DNA from: Owenia fusiformis
Taxonomy: Eukaryota
Direction of reading: 5' to 3'
Length of the DNA: 64,000 nt
Assembly (NCBI GenBank): GCA_903813345.2
Contig: CAIIXF020000001.1
Location: 40,548,001-40,612,000 of the forward strand
The notes beneath the pieces are model-generated. The model searched no databases, was not told the DNA's origin, and saw nothing but the letters and a program-made list of their open reading frames with translations. Below are positions 11,500-25,500 of the stretch, piece after piece. Made by a program: the position numbers and the translations under genes. The first letter of the stretch is position 1, and each line of letters starts with the position of its first letter.

Positions 11500-14400
11500 A
11501 TGCCGCTTTTTTGTCGATACTTCGAGCATCGACTACCAGAAATTGAAGATGTTGTTATGGTAAATGTGAGATCAATAGCAGAAATGGGAGCTTATGTGCA
11601 CCTGCTAGAATACAACAATATAGAAGGCATGATATTGCTCAGTGAACTGTCACGTAGAAGAATCCGATCAATCAACAAGTTAATCAGAGTTGGAAGGAAT
11701 GAATGTGTTGTTGTGATTCGAGTAGACAAAGACAAAGGTATTGAAAAGGGATATCACATATTTCCCGTATTGTGATGACTACTTCTCAACATTTTGTAAA
11801 TACTCATTTTAATCTTGAGTAAGAAAGATTTACTCAAGTTACTTCAATTTTTTATTTAGCATTATATTGATGTCCACAGAAAATATTATTTCAACATGTT
11901 GCTGCTAGAGTAATTATGTCACGTACCTCCCAAGTGGTGACATTTTGTTATGGTCTCCAACTTTTTTGTGACAGCACCCGATGGTCAGCGGTTGGCATTT
12001 GTAATTAATGGCATATGGTGACATATTGTATGTGAATGCCTCATATTTTCTTACATCTTTATGTGGCTGCAATATTCTTTAGATTACCCAAGGAATAATT
12101 CCAAAATTATTTCCTAGTCGCACAATAAACGTTGATTCAAAATTATAGATTTCTTGGTTCAGTGTACTTTTTACATTGGCGTAAATACATTTGCATTTTT
12201 AATTGGAATTTCCACATATTCAAGTATGATTTTCTACTCTGCATGTGGTAATTGTCTTTAAAGTTCAATCTTTCTGAATATTCAGGCTACATAGATTTAT
12301 CCAAGAGAAGAGTATCTCCAGAAGAAGTGATGAAATGTGAAGAAAAGTTTGCTAAGGCAAAAGCAGTAAGTGCAGTGTTTGATAAAAATAAATTATTTTC
12401 CTAAAGTTTAAAAATAAAACCCAATATATGAAGTTAAATGTTTAGTACAAGAGTATTTTGAAGCTAACAACGAAAAACTTCGATCTGAGATCTATAAGAT
12501 AGAATACTGTAGATTGGGTTAATTTGGCGCCCGCTTTAATTTGGCGAAATTGAAAAATTCGCCAATATAAATCTTCGTCAAAATTTAGAATGAATCCCCG
12601 GGAATTATCTAGGGTATTTCGTCCAGTGTATTTAGGTCATTTCCGGTTTAGTTTTTTCCAAAAATATGAAAAAATGTCTCTCATAAATTGGCTCAGAACT
12701 GGTCCGTCACTCATTAATACTCAGGGAAAAACTAGAAAGGAAAAGCATGGTAAAGTAGCAGCATCGATCAAGGTGCAAAATGTAAAGGATGATCTCACAA
12801 AAATGTACAAACGTGGTGAATATCGCTAGTGGTCCTCAAAAGAACATAGCCAAACATGCCCATTTACATGGCAATTCGCAAACTGTGCGGCACGTAAGTA
12901 ATTAAATTTTTTTGCATATCCGCCAAATTAAATAGCCGCCAATATGCCAAAAATGGCAAAATCGCCAAATTAAGTAGCGCCAAATTAACCCAATCTACAG
13001 TAAGAGAAAAAATATTTAGTAAAGACCCCGCAATATGTCAATAAAATGAAAGAATTTTTCAGGTTAACAGTATCTTGAGACATGTTGGTGAACTATTAAA
13101 TTACACCTCAGACTCCCAGTTAGAAGCACTATACAAAAAGACAGCATGGCATTTTGACGCAAAATATGGCAAACCTGGTGCAGCTTATGAGGCTTTCAAA
13201 CATGCAGTTGCGTAAGTATATCACCGGAAAAAATTAATGGAGGGGGAGTAGCCGATTTCTGCTAGAAAATTCAACATATCTGCAAGATTATTTTTCACAA
13301 GAAAGTTTACAAAAGAATTGCTTATGCAAGTTTCAAGAGAAAACATTTATCTACATCGCAATACCAACTTTACACTTCTATTTTGCTGTTTCATAATGTT
13401 ACCACATTGTGATATCTCCCTCCATTGTCTTATCCAATAATCTTCCAATTTACAGTAATCCTGAGGTTTTAGATGAACTAGATCTGGATGATGAGACAAG
13501 AAAAGTTTTAGTAGACAACATCAAGAGGAGACTCACTCCACAGGCTGTCAAGATTAGATGTGGTAAATATCAACTATTTCATCATTGCCCTCTCTTAATT
13601 CATTATTGCCATCCCTTGATTCATATTGCCCTCTTTCAATTTATTATTGCCCCTTGTTTTAATTTTTCATAAATGTGCAGAAATTTCCTGAATGTCATCA
13701 TTTCGTCCATTCTTACTTCTTGAGACATATAGTCAGGATTCTATGTTTCATTAATGCTTCATGTGTGGCTTTATAACACTCAATGCATATTAAAGTAATT
13801 AATCTTTGCAAAGATGTAAAATTTCTTAAAACAGTGTAAATAGCGACATTTAAGATTTCAGAATCTATGAGATGAATGCATGTGGAATATTTAGTCTTCA
13901 ACTTGATATTTACAGGTACATGTACATACAAGTTACTGGTCATCATTTATAATCAGAGTTAGAGGTTTAGCCCCTTAAATCCATCTATTCCATCCCAGAA
14001 ATGATTAATGTCATTGCTTTTTCAGATATGAAAGTAGCTTGTTACGGATATGAAGGAGTTGATGCTGTGAAAGCTTCACTGAGAAAGGGTCTAGAAATGA
14101 CAACAGAAGAAATGCCTATCAAAGTAAGTCCATTTAGTCAGTTTGGGATTTTATGGGGATTTCAATATCCATTATTCAGTCAATATTTTCATTTATATTC
14201 TGGCTTGTTAAGGCATAAAAATATTGGAAAGAAATCATCACTTATTGATCTCACTCATTAACATGCTCCAATCAGAAAGAGCGAATCAATTTCTTTGTTA
14301 GGTAAACATATTACCCACAATGCAGCTCTGTGTGACCAATCATATTGTCCTTTGAGTGGTGCAATCTGTAAAAGCATTCAGTTTGAAGAGTTCAACCATA

Positions 14401-16871
14401 AATAGGAGAATTAAAGACACTTTAAGCACATATCTAGTAATAATTTATACATTTTTATTTGATTTCTCATTGCAGATAAACCTTATAGCCCCACCATTAT
14501 ATGTTATGACTACAACAACGTTAGAAAGAACTGAAGGACTAGCCAAACTAAATGCAGCACTTAACTCTATAAAGGAATGTATAGAGGATAGTGGTGGGGT
14601 ATTCAATATAGAAATGGCAGTAAGTAAACAAATGGCCCAAAAAAATATTTGTGATATTTTCTAAACAGGAATTGAAACTGTTGTGCCATAATCACCAATT
14701 TCTCAAGATTTATGTTTTTATTATCCCATCGAACGAAGTTCGAAGGGATATAGGGAACGCCTCTGTCCGTCTGTCTGTCTGTCCGTCCGGGCAATAACTC
14801 AAATACCGTTGGCCCGATTTTGTTCATATTTTGTACACATATACCCTATGGGGGTAGAAGTTCTCCTCGAAAGCTGATTTTCAAAATGGCTGCTCATTTC
14901 AAAATGGCGGCCATTTAAGTGCCGAATTTACGGTAATTTAGGTGCAATATGTAAAATTGTAATAGCAATATGTTTTAGATGTAAAAAAATTATATAGGAC
15001 ATTAATAAAGCTAGAAATGTAGACATTAAAGAAGCACATGACATCCATCTTGAAAAATGGCGGCCTTTACTCGTTATTTTACGATTTTTGCTGTAACTCG
15101 AAAAGTAGTGGAGCGATTTTTTCATATTTAGTATGTGAATACTACAAACATTGCAAACTGTCTAAAGACATTTTTGATAGAAGGCGGCCATTTTAAAAAA
15201 TGGCCACCATTTTTCAAAATGGCCACCATTTAAACGTATTTTACTTTAACTCGAAAAGTAGTGGAGCGATTTTGTTCATATTTGGTATGTGAATACTATA
15301 AGCATGACACACTGTCCTATGACACGTTTGGTAGAAGGCGGCCATTTTGAAATTTTTTTGAAATTTTACTATAACTCGAAAAGTAGTGAAGCGATTTTGT
15401 TCATATTTGGTATGTGAATACTATAAGCATGACACACTGTCCTATGACACTTTTGGCAGAAGGCGGCCATTTTAACGTATTTTACTATAACTCGAAAAGT
15501 AGTGAAGTGATTTTGTTCATATTTGGTATGTGAATACTGTAAGCATGGCACACTGTCTAATGACACTTTTGGTAGAAGGGGGCCATTTTTCAAAATGGCC
15601 GCCATTTTAACGTATTTTACTATAACTCCAAAAGTAGTGGAGCGATTTTGTTTATATTTGGTATGTGAATACTATAAGCACGGCACACTGTCTAATGGCA
15701 CTTTTGGTAGAAGGTTTTTTTTGTTTTTTTTTTTATAAAATCAAACTTTATTAATAAACATATTTTACATTACATGCATACAATTAGATAAAATACAATT
15801 ATAGAAATTTCAAGTGACATTACATCTTTCTGATCATTATTTCATTATCAAATATAGCTTTTAAATTACTAGCTGTATTGACCCTTTTTTAAAATCATGT
15901 ATAGCTTTTTTAATTACCAATGTTTTAAGTAAATCTTCTTTTTTAACAATTGCATTTCCAATTTTTTGATCATTTGTAACATTTACATCATTCCAAATTG
16001 ATTTAATACAGTCACAATTGATAAAGAAGTGGTCAATGTCATCTTTTACATGTGTGTTACAAAAGTTACAGATGTCAGAGTTTTCTATGTTACATTTCTT
16101 CAAATAAATATTTTGAGGGTAAATACCATGTAAAATTTTCCATTGAATTACCAAAAGGGTAGTATCAGTTGTACATTCAAAAAATTGAGACCAGACTTTA
16201 TCGTTTAGAATCTCAGCATTAAATTTTATGTCACACTTTCTCTCTAAAACAATTTTTGTTCTCACAATTCTTGTGTTTACAAGATGGCTCTCAATGCCTT
16301 TAAAAAATTTTGGTAGAAGGTGGCCATTTTGAAAAATGGCCACCATTTTAACGTATTTTACTATAACTTGAAAAGTAGTGGAGCGATTTTGTTCATATTT
16401 GGTATGTGAATACTATAAGTATGGCACATGATCTAATGACACTTTTGGTAGAAGGCGGCCATTTTGAAAAATGGCTACCATTTTTGCTATATACTTTGAT
16501 TGTAAAAATGCCATCCATGGCTGTTTGATGGGATTCGCTATGCTTTGGCGTTGCTGTTGTTCTGGTTGGTATTTTGACCTTAACTAGAACAATCCTGGAT
16601 ATATATTTATCAACTGGAAAAGCATTTTGCATCTATAATGAATCTGAGAGACTGATTCCATCTAATATTACATTGAGATATATGTTTTATGATCTTTTGT
16701 ATCTTATTCCAGCCCAAGGTGGTATCAGATAGTGATGAGGTTGAATTAAAGAAACAACTGGAACTTCTAGAAGAGCAGAATAGGGAGGTTGAAGGTGACG
16801 ACTCTGCTGATGAGTATGAGGATACTGGTATGGCTGGACCTAAGGACATTGTAAATGATGATGAAGACTAG
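11500..16871 (+). CDS. EIF2S1: Eukaryotic translation initiation factor 2 subunit alpha (7 coding exons, ~324 aa)
   Basis: Exons 11500-11737, 12286-12365, 13063-13211, 13456-13562, 14026-14123, 14476-14619, 16713-16871; all GT-AG and phase-consistent (975 nt). Contains the S1 domain with ELSRRRIRS (Ser51 site), [27 protein letters not shown] and an acidic C-tail. Confidence 0.97.
11914..12045 (+). mobile_element. Short satellite-free copy of the Helentron-like family seen at 45190-47460
   Basis: attatgtcac...agtggtgacattttgttatggtctcc 5' end and ggtgacatattgtatgtgaatgcc 3' end resemble the termini of the long copy. Confidence 0.55.
12507..13000. mobile_element. MITE with TA target duplication (Tc1/mariner-type), intronic in EIF2S1
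   Basis: Perfect 24-bp TIR ctgtagattgggttaatttggcgc / gcgccaaattaacccaatctacag flanked by TA on both sides. Confidence 0.9.
14719..16567 (+). mobile_element. Non-autonomous Helentron-like (HINE/DINE-type) element with internal ~115-bp tandem repeats, in the last EIF2S1 intron
   Basis: 5' ttatcccatcgaacgaagttcgaagggata hairpin, (gtct/gtcc)n microsatellite, tandem units (…aaaagtagtggagcgattttgttcatatttggtatgtgaatac…), 3' gatgggat sub-terminal IR followed by a short palindrome; family assignment from architecture only. Confidence 0.7.
15715..16307 (-). mobile_element. 5'-truncated non-LTR retrotransposon (L1/Tx1-like ORF2 C-terminal zinc-binding region)
   Basis: Frame [18 protein letters not shown]…CNFC…DHFFINC…W (zf-RVT-like); AATAAA then poly(A) tail on the minus strand (T-run from 15715); 13-bp TSD ttttggtagaagg at 15702-15714 and 16308-16320. 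Confidence 0.88.
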
Positions 16872-18711
16872 ACTGTATAATATGTAGACCAAGCTTGCAG
16901 GGTGTGTTATAAGGATATTGGCCCAACTGGTCAAAATTGAATTTTCAATGATGTGTCATGTTATTTTTCTATGTTGAAAATCAGCTTGTCCAGATCAACA
17001 CAACTGTAACTGGCTTAAGGCCTCTAGGACAGAGCTTACGTCTCCTTCTTAAATCACACCTTGTGGACTTCTCATAACATTCACAAGGTTTTCCTTATTA
17101 CATCTCAATGTTGAAAAACATGATGATGTGATGACATTATTGAATTAAAATTCTTAAAACTTAAACATTTGAATTCCCTGAAGCATTTGGAATTTTATGT
17201 AGCCTAGTATTTATAGATTAAATGTATTATGTTACTTGTATAAAGTCTATGTAATAGCTGATGGCGTGTAACATAGAAAATCTGAGTTGCATCTGAAGTT
17301 AATGTTTCTAGTTGGAAGTCTATGTTTGAAGTCTAAAACAAGAACAGCAATATTTGAAAACCATAATATGTTATCAATTTATTGTGTTGAATTACTGAAA
17401 AAGATTGCTAAGAAGTAATTAAGTATCATGGCCAGAATCTTTGCATATGAAATAGTTTTATGAACATGGATATTCATGGAAAAAATAAACCAAAAATATA
17501 TTATATGTAGATACGATTATTCTGTCAGTTACTGAGTGAAGAAGGGAATTAAAGAAATGTCCTACATCAAAGTTAATTTTATGATTCTACAAGTTTTACA
17601 GGATTTCATCCAAACACAAAAATACCAGATACAAGCAAACCTTTGTGAGGAATTTTACATTGAGCACAGAGTCATTGCACCCATAATGGCTTTACCCTCA
17701 AAATAGCGTTCAGTGTGTACAGATTTTTGATATGCCTTTTATTTATACTTTATGTTCAAAAGTCTATCCAAAATAGAGACTTAATTTGCCATTTATTTAC
17801 TCAATATTAAAATAATTATTTGATAATCCCCATTTCCTCAGGCATATTAGCAGCATGAATTGCCTGAAGGTAAGAGCACTGGACTCTGGTAGGGCATAAA
17901 GCTGATATCACATATTACATGTATGTACTGTTGTTATCATCTACCTATCAGGTTGAAAAAAAGCTGCCATTTTTGTTAACCAGAAATGATTTGGTTTTAT
18001 TGTTCCTTTGATCCATCTAAATGCTCTAATTGATGATTTGCGATCACCGAATGGATTCTATATTGTAGTGACGTCACAATTAGGCCACCCAGCTCTTATT
18101 TTTCATGAAAACGTTCGATTTGACTAGATCAACATCCATTCTAACCACATACCAAGTCTAAGATCTTACTGACATGATTTAGATAGCGGTTCAGCGCCCC
18201 GCGATTTTGACAAATATGGGGGGCGCTTATAGGCATCGATGTTTAGTTTGAATTTCACCCAAACTTCGCACATATATAGAAATAATCATGATCTAGTCAA
18301 ATCGGCATATCTGGTAAATATCTGAGCAATGGTTTTCATAAAAGAAACGACAATATTTTTTGCTAAAAACTGCCAAGTGTCCGCCATTTCGTGATTCCAT
18401 CATGTCTAATATCATTTCTATATGACGTCACACCAATAAGACTAAATACATGACAACAGTATCCATAAACAAAATTCCTGAATTCTGATCGCAAAAGGTC
18501 AATTAGAACAAGACAATGATAAGCAGTAACTGTTGTCATTTTAGTTATCAATTTAGTTATCAGAAATTGTATTTTTTAAAAATGAAAAGGGGTGGCAAGC
18601 CATACTTGCCATTCATTGGCAACCCTTTTCTTCTCAACAGAGGTTCTGAGTATTGTCTCTATGGCATCAGCATATAAAATTTGAACCAAATCTGAATTAA
18701 CAAAGAATAGA

Positions 18712-19266
18712 ACTAGACAACAGCAACGCCAAAGCGTAGCAAATTTCATCGAACAGCCATTGCTGGCATTTTTACAAACAAAAGTGTCATTAGACAGTGT
18801 GCCATGCATATAGTATTCACATACCAGATATGAACAAAATTGCTCCACTACTTTTCGAGTTACAGCAAAACTCGCAAAATAGCGAGTAAAGGCCACCATT
18901 TTTCAAGATGGCTGCCATTTGCTTCTTTAATATCTACATTTCTAGCTTTATTAATGACCTATATAATTTTTTTACATTTTAAATATATTGCTATTACAGC
19001 TATTCATATTGTACCTACATAACTGTATAATCGGCACTAAAATGGCCGCCATTTTTAAATAAGCTGACATTTTGAAAATCGGCTTTAGAGCAGGACTTCT
19101 ACCCTCATAGGGTATATGTGTACAAAATATGAACAAAGTCGGGCCAACGGTATTTGAGTTATTGCCCGGATGAACGGACTTATGTATGGACAGATGTACA
19201 AACAGCATGACAGATGGACGGAGGCATTCCCTATATCCCTCCGAACTTCATTCGATGGGATAATAA
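18712..19266 (-). mobile_element. Second, shorter copy of the 14719-16567 Helentron-like family in inverted orientation
   Basis: Reverse complement reproduces ttatcccatcgaa…ccgggcaataactcaaataccgttggcccg… and the gctacgctttggcgttgctgttgt 3' end, with about one internal repeat unit. Confidence 0.8.
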
Positions 19267-19627
19267 ATCTCTTACAAATGGCCATGGTGGCCATCATGAA
19301 TTGAGTGATCATATTGGAAATTCATTTTCGAGCAGAGGTCCCATGCCCGTATGGCATCAGTTTCTCAAAACAAGGCTCAAGTATCTACATGAACAGTTAA
19401 CACAGACAATTAGTTTTCACCTGGTCACATGACAGACCAGAAGATATTTATTGGTCATAGTTATCAAATTAGATATAACTAGTGATATCCACTGCTCCCA
19501 AGTAATCTGGTGAATACTGCTAGATATCCTTGATCTTTATGTGATAAATAAGACAAACATTTCATATTATTTTTGGCGAATAGCTGTGGCACTTTCACAA
19601 GGTGATATTTGATCATATGTGTGTATA

Positions 19628-21437
19628 CATACCTGCCAACCTACCGTATTTTTACGGGAATCTCCCGTAAATTTTTTGTTTTTCCGTAAAAAAATGACAA
19701 ACTACCGTAAAAAAATACCATTTTTTCCCGTAAAAACGCCCTTAAAAAAATCTACCGTATTTTTCTCGTAATCTACCGTAAATTTTCTTTTTCAAAAACT
19801 CGTTTATTCCATGAGAACGGCCGTAAAATCTACCGTAAAGGATGAGTCTGGGAATGAGTCTGGGTATCGACTTAGGAAATATTGAAAATTGTAATGTCTG
19901 AAAAACCAACTCAATTACACATATTATTAATCTTCAATATCTTATCCTTCTTCTGAGATTACAAAAATATTAATTTGTATCACAATTGATGAAGAATATT
20001 GGCATCAAAGACAGTGCATATCACTTTGTCAGAATTGAAAAAAAATCAATGGCAAATATTAAATGAATTAATTATGCAAAAAATTTTAAAATTTTCTTCC
20101 AAAACATTGGTTACTTTCTTTGTATAGACATTGAATGGTATTTCTGGATAAGTGAATTGGTGTTTATCTGGGTAATCAAGGGATTATAGTCACTCAAAGT
20201 TACTGAGCATCCAGTTTTGAGACTTCAATTGTGTTGGTGAAGTTACACATATTCCAGTCAAATTCATGCTGAGCACAACATTCCGGTTTCAATTTTATAA
20301 TCTCTATACATGACCCTGGTGATGAAGAGTCAGAATCAGTCAAAAAACCTAAACCGGAAAACTGTGCTCATTGTGAAAACTAAAAGTGAAGCAACTTTTT
20401 TTCTGATATTTCTCATATCAAATGGCAACCATCTTGTTTTTCCCCCTTCAAATTAAACTGGCGGGAAATTCAAAAATTTGAAAAAATTTTAATCCTTAAA
20501 TATATTTTTCAAAAATATGATTTTCTCTTTAATTCTTCATGGGTCTTAAGTTATTTCTTCTTTGTATGTCATACATGTTGCCATTGGTGTTTTTTTCTAT
20601 GATAATGACTATTTTTTTGTTTGTTAAGATACTTATTCTGACTCTCAGTAGGGGGTTAATTATGCATCAAAACTTGTGAAAAAGTAAATATACTTATCAA
20701 ATATAACTAGGTCAGTAATAAAAACCATATTTCACATTCATTTGACTGAGGGACCAAAAGGGCATATACCCAGACACATCCTTTTGAAAATCTACCGTAA
20801 ATTTTCGAAAATCTGACGTATTTCTGCTAAAATCAACAGTATTTTTTTCAAACTACCGTAAAATTTCCCGTTATTGTTATTGGGAAATGCTGAAAATTGA
20901 AATCTTCCTGTACTGTCCCTGTAATATTCCTTCAAAATCTTCCGCAAAACTACCGGTTTTTCAAAAAACTACCGCATTTTTTTCAAAATCTACCGTAAAA
21001 CTACCGCATTTTTTCAGAATCTTTCGCAAAACTACTGGTTTTTCAAAAAACTACCGTAAAAACTACCGCATTTTTAAAAATCTACCGTAAAACTACCGCA
21101 TTTTTTCTAAATCTTCCGCAAAACTACCGCTTTTTTCAAATTTCTACCGCAAAATTACACTTTTTTCAAAAATCTACCCCAAACCTCTGAAACTACAGTA
21201 TTTTTTTAAAATCTACCGCAAAAACTACCGTATTTTTTAAATCTACCGCAAAAACTACCGGTTTTTTTAAATCTACCGCAAAAACTACCGTTCTTTTCTA
21301 AAATCTACCGCAAAAACTACCGCAATTTTGTTGAAAAATACCGCAAAAACTACCGTATTTTGAAAAAATCTACCGCAAAAATACAGCAATTTTAAAAAAA
21401 TCTACCGCAAAATTTTGGTCTTAGGTTGGCAGGTATG
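19628..21437. mobile_element. Non-autonomous TIR DNA element with sub-terminal (aaaatctaccgca/aaaactaccg)n arrays
   Basis: Perfect 15-bp TIR catacctgccaacct / aggttggcaggtatg; flanked by GTATA (5-bp exact, or 7-bp with one mismatch); dense ctaccg repeats at ~19640-19840 and ~20790-21410; superfamily uncertain. Confidence 0.85.
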
Positions 21438-22515
21438 GTATATAATAAACAGCAAATACAACGCGAGATGACAAAAACTAACACAGCTTATTAATTTAAA
21501 TATACACATATAGCATCTTGTATTTATTTTCAATATATACAAATAAATTTACAAATATCTACAAATATAATTCCACAGGGATATAAATAAAGAGAATGAA
21601 TAAAACTTGATCATCATTCAGCTTCTGTTACTTATCATATCAAGCTAAAAGTGAGAAATATCACGAAAGAAAGAGTCTGAGTATGTTGTCTTTTAGGCTT
21701 GGCCAATGTATTAATGTACTTCAAATTACCTATTTTGGTTAGGTTCAAGGCTATTTTTTGTTGTTATTGCTGTATCAACCGTTAGAGGTGTCACGGATAC
21801 CTGATTTTGTTCTGATCCGCAGAATTATGCCCTCAGAACGGAACATGGAACAAAAATTAAGAATTTCGGTTCCGGAACAAGAACATTTTACCCTTTCACA
21901 ACTTCTGGCCCTTGAATCTCCACAAAACAGCATTTTCTTTCAATATTTTGTATCAAAAGAGGTTCATTCTTTTTACTCCTTCTCTTTGAAGAGTTTAGAA
22001 GAGCTTTTCGCAACCAAATAGACCTAGATGATCAGATTATTTTAATCTAATACACACAGTCACTCTGTTCCGAACCGTTCCGAAGCAAAATGTTACAAAC
22101 CGTTTCGATTTTATTTGTTCCGTGACATCTCTATCAGCCATGCATTTGTGTAGCATCTGAGGGTTCATTGAAATATAAGGAAAGAAATATTGTTTCTTTG
22201 ATGGACATTAATATATTAACAAAAGCCATACCATGGACGGAGGTGTTTTTTTAATGAATTGGGACTATTATTCTTCATGCCTTAAAGTAATCATAAGAAA
22301 AACTACTTCTATGATGTACTATATAATGATAACTTATAGGCAGGTATCATTGTCCATTCAATGTATTCATTGAGTGTACATGCATGTCCAAGTCGCACTA
22401 CAATGACAGCAAGTCTTGTGCCAAAGTGAGTCACATTTGGACTGTAGTTGATAACCAGAGTGAAGTAAAGCACTAAGACTACTGAGTTGATGATTGCCAA
22501 TTATCAGATCAATAT

Positions 22516-25500
22516 TCAGGAAAATGTATCTGCGCCACCCCCTCCAAATCCCCCACCACCAAATTGTGCAGTATCCACATCGCTTTCCTGAAAGAACAAA
22601 AGTTACATTACATTATTTAAAACCACGCAGGCATGGATGGGAAATTTGACAAAAATAATTTTGGCCTGTCTAATTCCTTAAACTGGGGCCAAATATATTG
22701 TGTCAATTTCCCCACTTTCTTAAAATGTATACTGGTTGAAACAAATCCAGTCAAAAATCCCCACTCCTGGACACATGCAAATCAAATTCCTCACTCCCAG
22801 GATAAAAGTCTCCTACCCCTGGCCTGGGGGCAATATTGCGAATCAAATTCCTTACCCTCCCCGCCTTGGGGGTCTCACACAAACTTTTGAATGGTGCATA
22901 ACTTACAAACAAGTCAAGAAGGCCAAGCTAGTTTGAATTTTTATATCAATTATAATTTATCTATGACTTGCATCACAAATACTTTTAGGGAACTTACCTG
23001 ATTCAATTTTTTAAACTCTACAACTTGATGAAGCACATACTCCAATATATGTTTTGCGTCTCTAGAGTTAGCAGGTAATTTGTTTGAAACTCCAAATACT
23101 TCTCCACATTCTCTCACATAATATTCCATATCATCGTCAGTACATTTGTTTGTGATTTGTGCCATACGCACTTTTTCAGAGGAAAATTGTTCATCAAGAT
23201 CAAAAAGATCTAACGCTGGAGGGGGAAGTTCCCGAAAAGTTGGAGGAAATACAGCAGGCTGTAACGGGGGTAGTGGTGTCTCAAACTGAGGTGTTATCAA
23301 TGTCAAGGGTTCATGCTTCACATTTAGCTGTTCAAAGGCCCTGGAATGACAAAATGAGGTTAAAAAGTTTTGTAAAAGTCTTCTGAAAAACAACAACATA
23401 TTTACCTTCAAAATGAACATGCCAAAGAGAATTAAATCCAAGCTAATAAAACTTGTTTTTAGAAAATACTCAACATTTTGAATGTGAAAGACAAGATTAT
23501 AATTGTGAGCTACTTTTAAACACATTTCATTTGAATATAATAAAGAAATACTATCTAATTACTCGCTTTAAAACATTTTACAATGTTTAAGACACATCTT
23601 AAAAAGCATATGTGTGATCTATTGCTTTTGTTTTTTTACCTTTCATTTATTTTGCAATGACAAAAATTTGAGGCATTTTCATAAAGCAATATTAATTTGT
23701 AACATGATATTAGTCTACTATGAAAATGAAGAAACATGAACATTTTTTCAAGAAACCTAAAGCAATTTGTCCAATGTTTCACATTCCAACAGTTTTTTTG
23801 ATTTACGCATATATAAATCTATAATTTGCAATATAATATTTCATTACATTTTTGACCCACCCTGGAATACCTTCTAATATTTGCATACAACTATAGTATA
23901 TTAATATAATGGTATACTATCATCCTATATCCCTGGGATGAATCTGGAGGGATGTAAATATTTGTTATTTATAATCTCATACCTGATAGCCCTTGGGACC
24001 ATGCTTGTATCTAACTTGAATAAAGAACTCTCAAACAATGTAGTGATGTCACGGGGAACTTCGTCACTCTCTTGTAGACATGTCTTCACCTGCTCCGATA
24101 ACTTTGCAGTATTTGGGAGCATGTTGTAGTCAAATATCTAGGAAATACAAAAAATCTTTCTCATAAATCAATCTGTACAGTAAGTAACCTAACAGCCAAA
24201 AGTAATTTTTTACAATTTTGTTTTCTAAATTTTGTTTCGTACTGTTTAATTTCTTTAGAAGACTGTATGACAAATGCATACTAGCGTCATCAGATACATT
24301 AAAGCACTGTACATCATTCACAGAATATTCCGATGATATTTTACCCTAATTCTGACTACTGTCACTCAATTAATAGATTGCAAATACTATACAGTAACTA
24401 TTGCATCTGAAATGCTAATTGAATTGAATAACAAAAATAGCAAAAATATTGAAATGACAAAACGTATTATTAAGTGATCCCAAATGATTTCTGGAATAGC
24501 GTTTTCTACCTCTGGGTCCTCTGCATCTATCTGATTGAGTTGGATGTCATCTGTTGTGAGAAAGTTAAACAGCACATCCATTATCTTAGAGTTCTCCTCT
24601 CTATCAATGTACTGATCACAAAGCATATGTGCTGAGCCAAGCACAGCAATCTTGCCACCTTGATTTGACTGAAATGTAATGTTAATTTATAACAGGAAAA
24701 ACATAAACATGTACATGTATGATAAAAATTGAATCTGCTATAATGGGAGTGACAAATGAAAGGAATCTTAACTATTTATTTACCGAGCAGTATTTATACC
24801 AACTATCTAAACTAAAACATATCCATTCCATCTCATCAGATGGGGAGATATTGAAGAAGTTTACAGATTTATTGTTTCAAATATTCATTTAAACCTGTAT
24901 TTTAACACAACATACTGAATAATAACCCTGTAAGTGTTTATAGTTTCTATTTTTATGAATTCCTCTTTCAAATGATTGATAAGGATTTGATTTCAAAATT
25001 TCTATTGGAATTTTTCATCGGAAATATTTTCTGAGTAGTATCATCCTCAAGAAATATCAAGAAGGCCAACCTTAGATTTATATATGCCACAGATTGGTCT
25101 GTTCACTGGAAATGAGACAGTTCCGGTAGAGAGTATTGCAGTGGCTGGCTTGATCACATTTAGAGTGGCTCCATAGGGGTACAGAAATGTCAATGCCCTG
25201 TAATCAAAATTTTCATTTACATGTACAGTTGAACAGTGTATCAGGTTGAAAAGTATACAGTCAATTTAACTGAATATCTGACTCAGTTTATACAGTTGAA
25301 AAAATGTTATCATGGTGAAAATTATTCAATTCATTGGGTTTAAAATGCATCAGGATAAAACAATTTAATAGGCTGAAAAATTATATATGGCTGTAATTAT
25401 ACACCTGAATATAACAAGTTCATTGTACCTGAACAAATGCCATAGTTAGGCTTCATCAAAAAAACTCATATACAGTAAAGCCTGTCTATCTGAACACCTC

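Noticed and set aside
14603..21090. Cluster of 60-107 aa ORFs with [15 protein letters not shown] repeats
   Set aside because: They fall within non-coding tandem units of Helentron-like and TIR elements.
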